64,000 bases of DNA. Origin: Amphiscolops sp. MND2022. Taxonomy: Eukaryota. The position numbers were made by a program, and so were the translations under genes. Below the pieces are notes generated by a model. The model worked only from the letters and a program-made list of their open reading frames with translations. It was not told where the DNA came from and did no database searches. The stretch is from NCBI GenBank assembly GCA_964187785.1, contig OZ076409.1, forward strand, positions 79,362,001 to 79,426,000. The letters are read 5' to 3'. How positions within the stretch are numbered: position 1 is the stretch's first letter; each line of letters opens with the position of its first letter. Positions 63,400 through 64,000 of the stretch are shown in pieces.

Positions 63400-63850
63400 T
63401 TCCGGGACAAGCTTTTATTATGGAAACAAAAGACCAAAAGTCACTCCTTTGATTCGTTCTCGAGAATAGGAAACATCTATTTGGCGAATGAGAAAGGGTA
63501 CAAAATAAACCCAGAAATATGGATTCAAAAGCATCAAGGAAAATATTGAAAACTTGAATGTGTTGAAAACAAACATTTTAAATAATTCTTGGATCCCCGA
63601 ATAGAAAAGTTTTTTGAAAAACTGGCTGATGAAATCGAATAGAAAAAAACTAGTTTCAAACAAAGTTTTGAAAGAAAACAACTGTTACAGCATGATAACT
63701 TCTCAAAGAAAAGGATGAATGTAGACAAAATGCAACTGAACTTTAGCTAGACCTAATGGTTAAGGATTCCATTTCAACTGGCGTTAAGCCTAATGTTTTG
63801 AGGGCGATTTACAAGAAACTAATACAACAACAATTGCCAAGAATTATTCA
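63400..63850 (+). pseudogene. Possible highly decayed non-LTR (LINE) reverse transcriptase fragment
   Basis: Scattered fragments in the expected order: KVTPL, QKYGF, FLD..EKFFEK, GVKPNVLRAIYK; many stops and indels. Confidence 0.3.
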
Positions 63851-64000
63851 AATAATGGAAATTGTTGATTAAAATTCATCTTTTTTTCAAAAGTCCTCTT
63901 TTAACATGTTGTCAAAATCCAAGGTCAAGATATCATGACCTTGTGCTCGTAGTGATCAAGCCTGTGACGATCAACCACCACGACGAATGCTTTCAGAGGG

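Overview
Eukaryotic (invertebrate-animal-like), transposon-dense window with a 200-N gap at 62846-63045. The main feature is a minus-strand Ty3/gypsy LTR retrotransposon at 4362-29308, with 1527-bp TG...CA LTRs and a CCAAG target-site duplication. It is about 16 kb once an internal ~8.93-kb duplication is removed. Gag begins inside the LTR and is joined to pol by an in-phase TTTAAAC -1 slippery site. Between pol and the 3' LTR lies an accessory cassette: a sense-strand 345-aa unknown ORF and a divergently transcribed, six-exon spliced ANTISENSE gene of ~1084 aa, with a C2H2/BED-like zinc finger and a possible hAT-transposase-like C-terminus. One 33-bp-period motif recurs in the LTR, the intergenic region and an intron. 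The window also holds two nested Mag-like gypsy elements with WLDD reverse transcriptases (30691-42594 and 33892-39746, the inner one flanked by a 170-bp duplication), Helentron/HINE-like elements, and the last exon of a class A GPCR. A third gypsy lineage (~52150-62845) has a long post-integrase extension with apparently tandem TARG1/OARD1-like macrodomains. All domain calls are by-eye motif recognition; no database searches were run.
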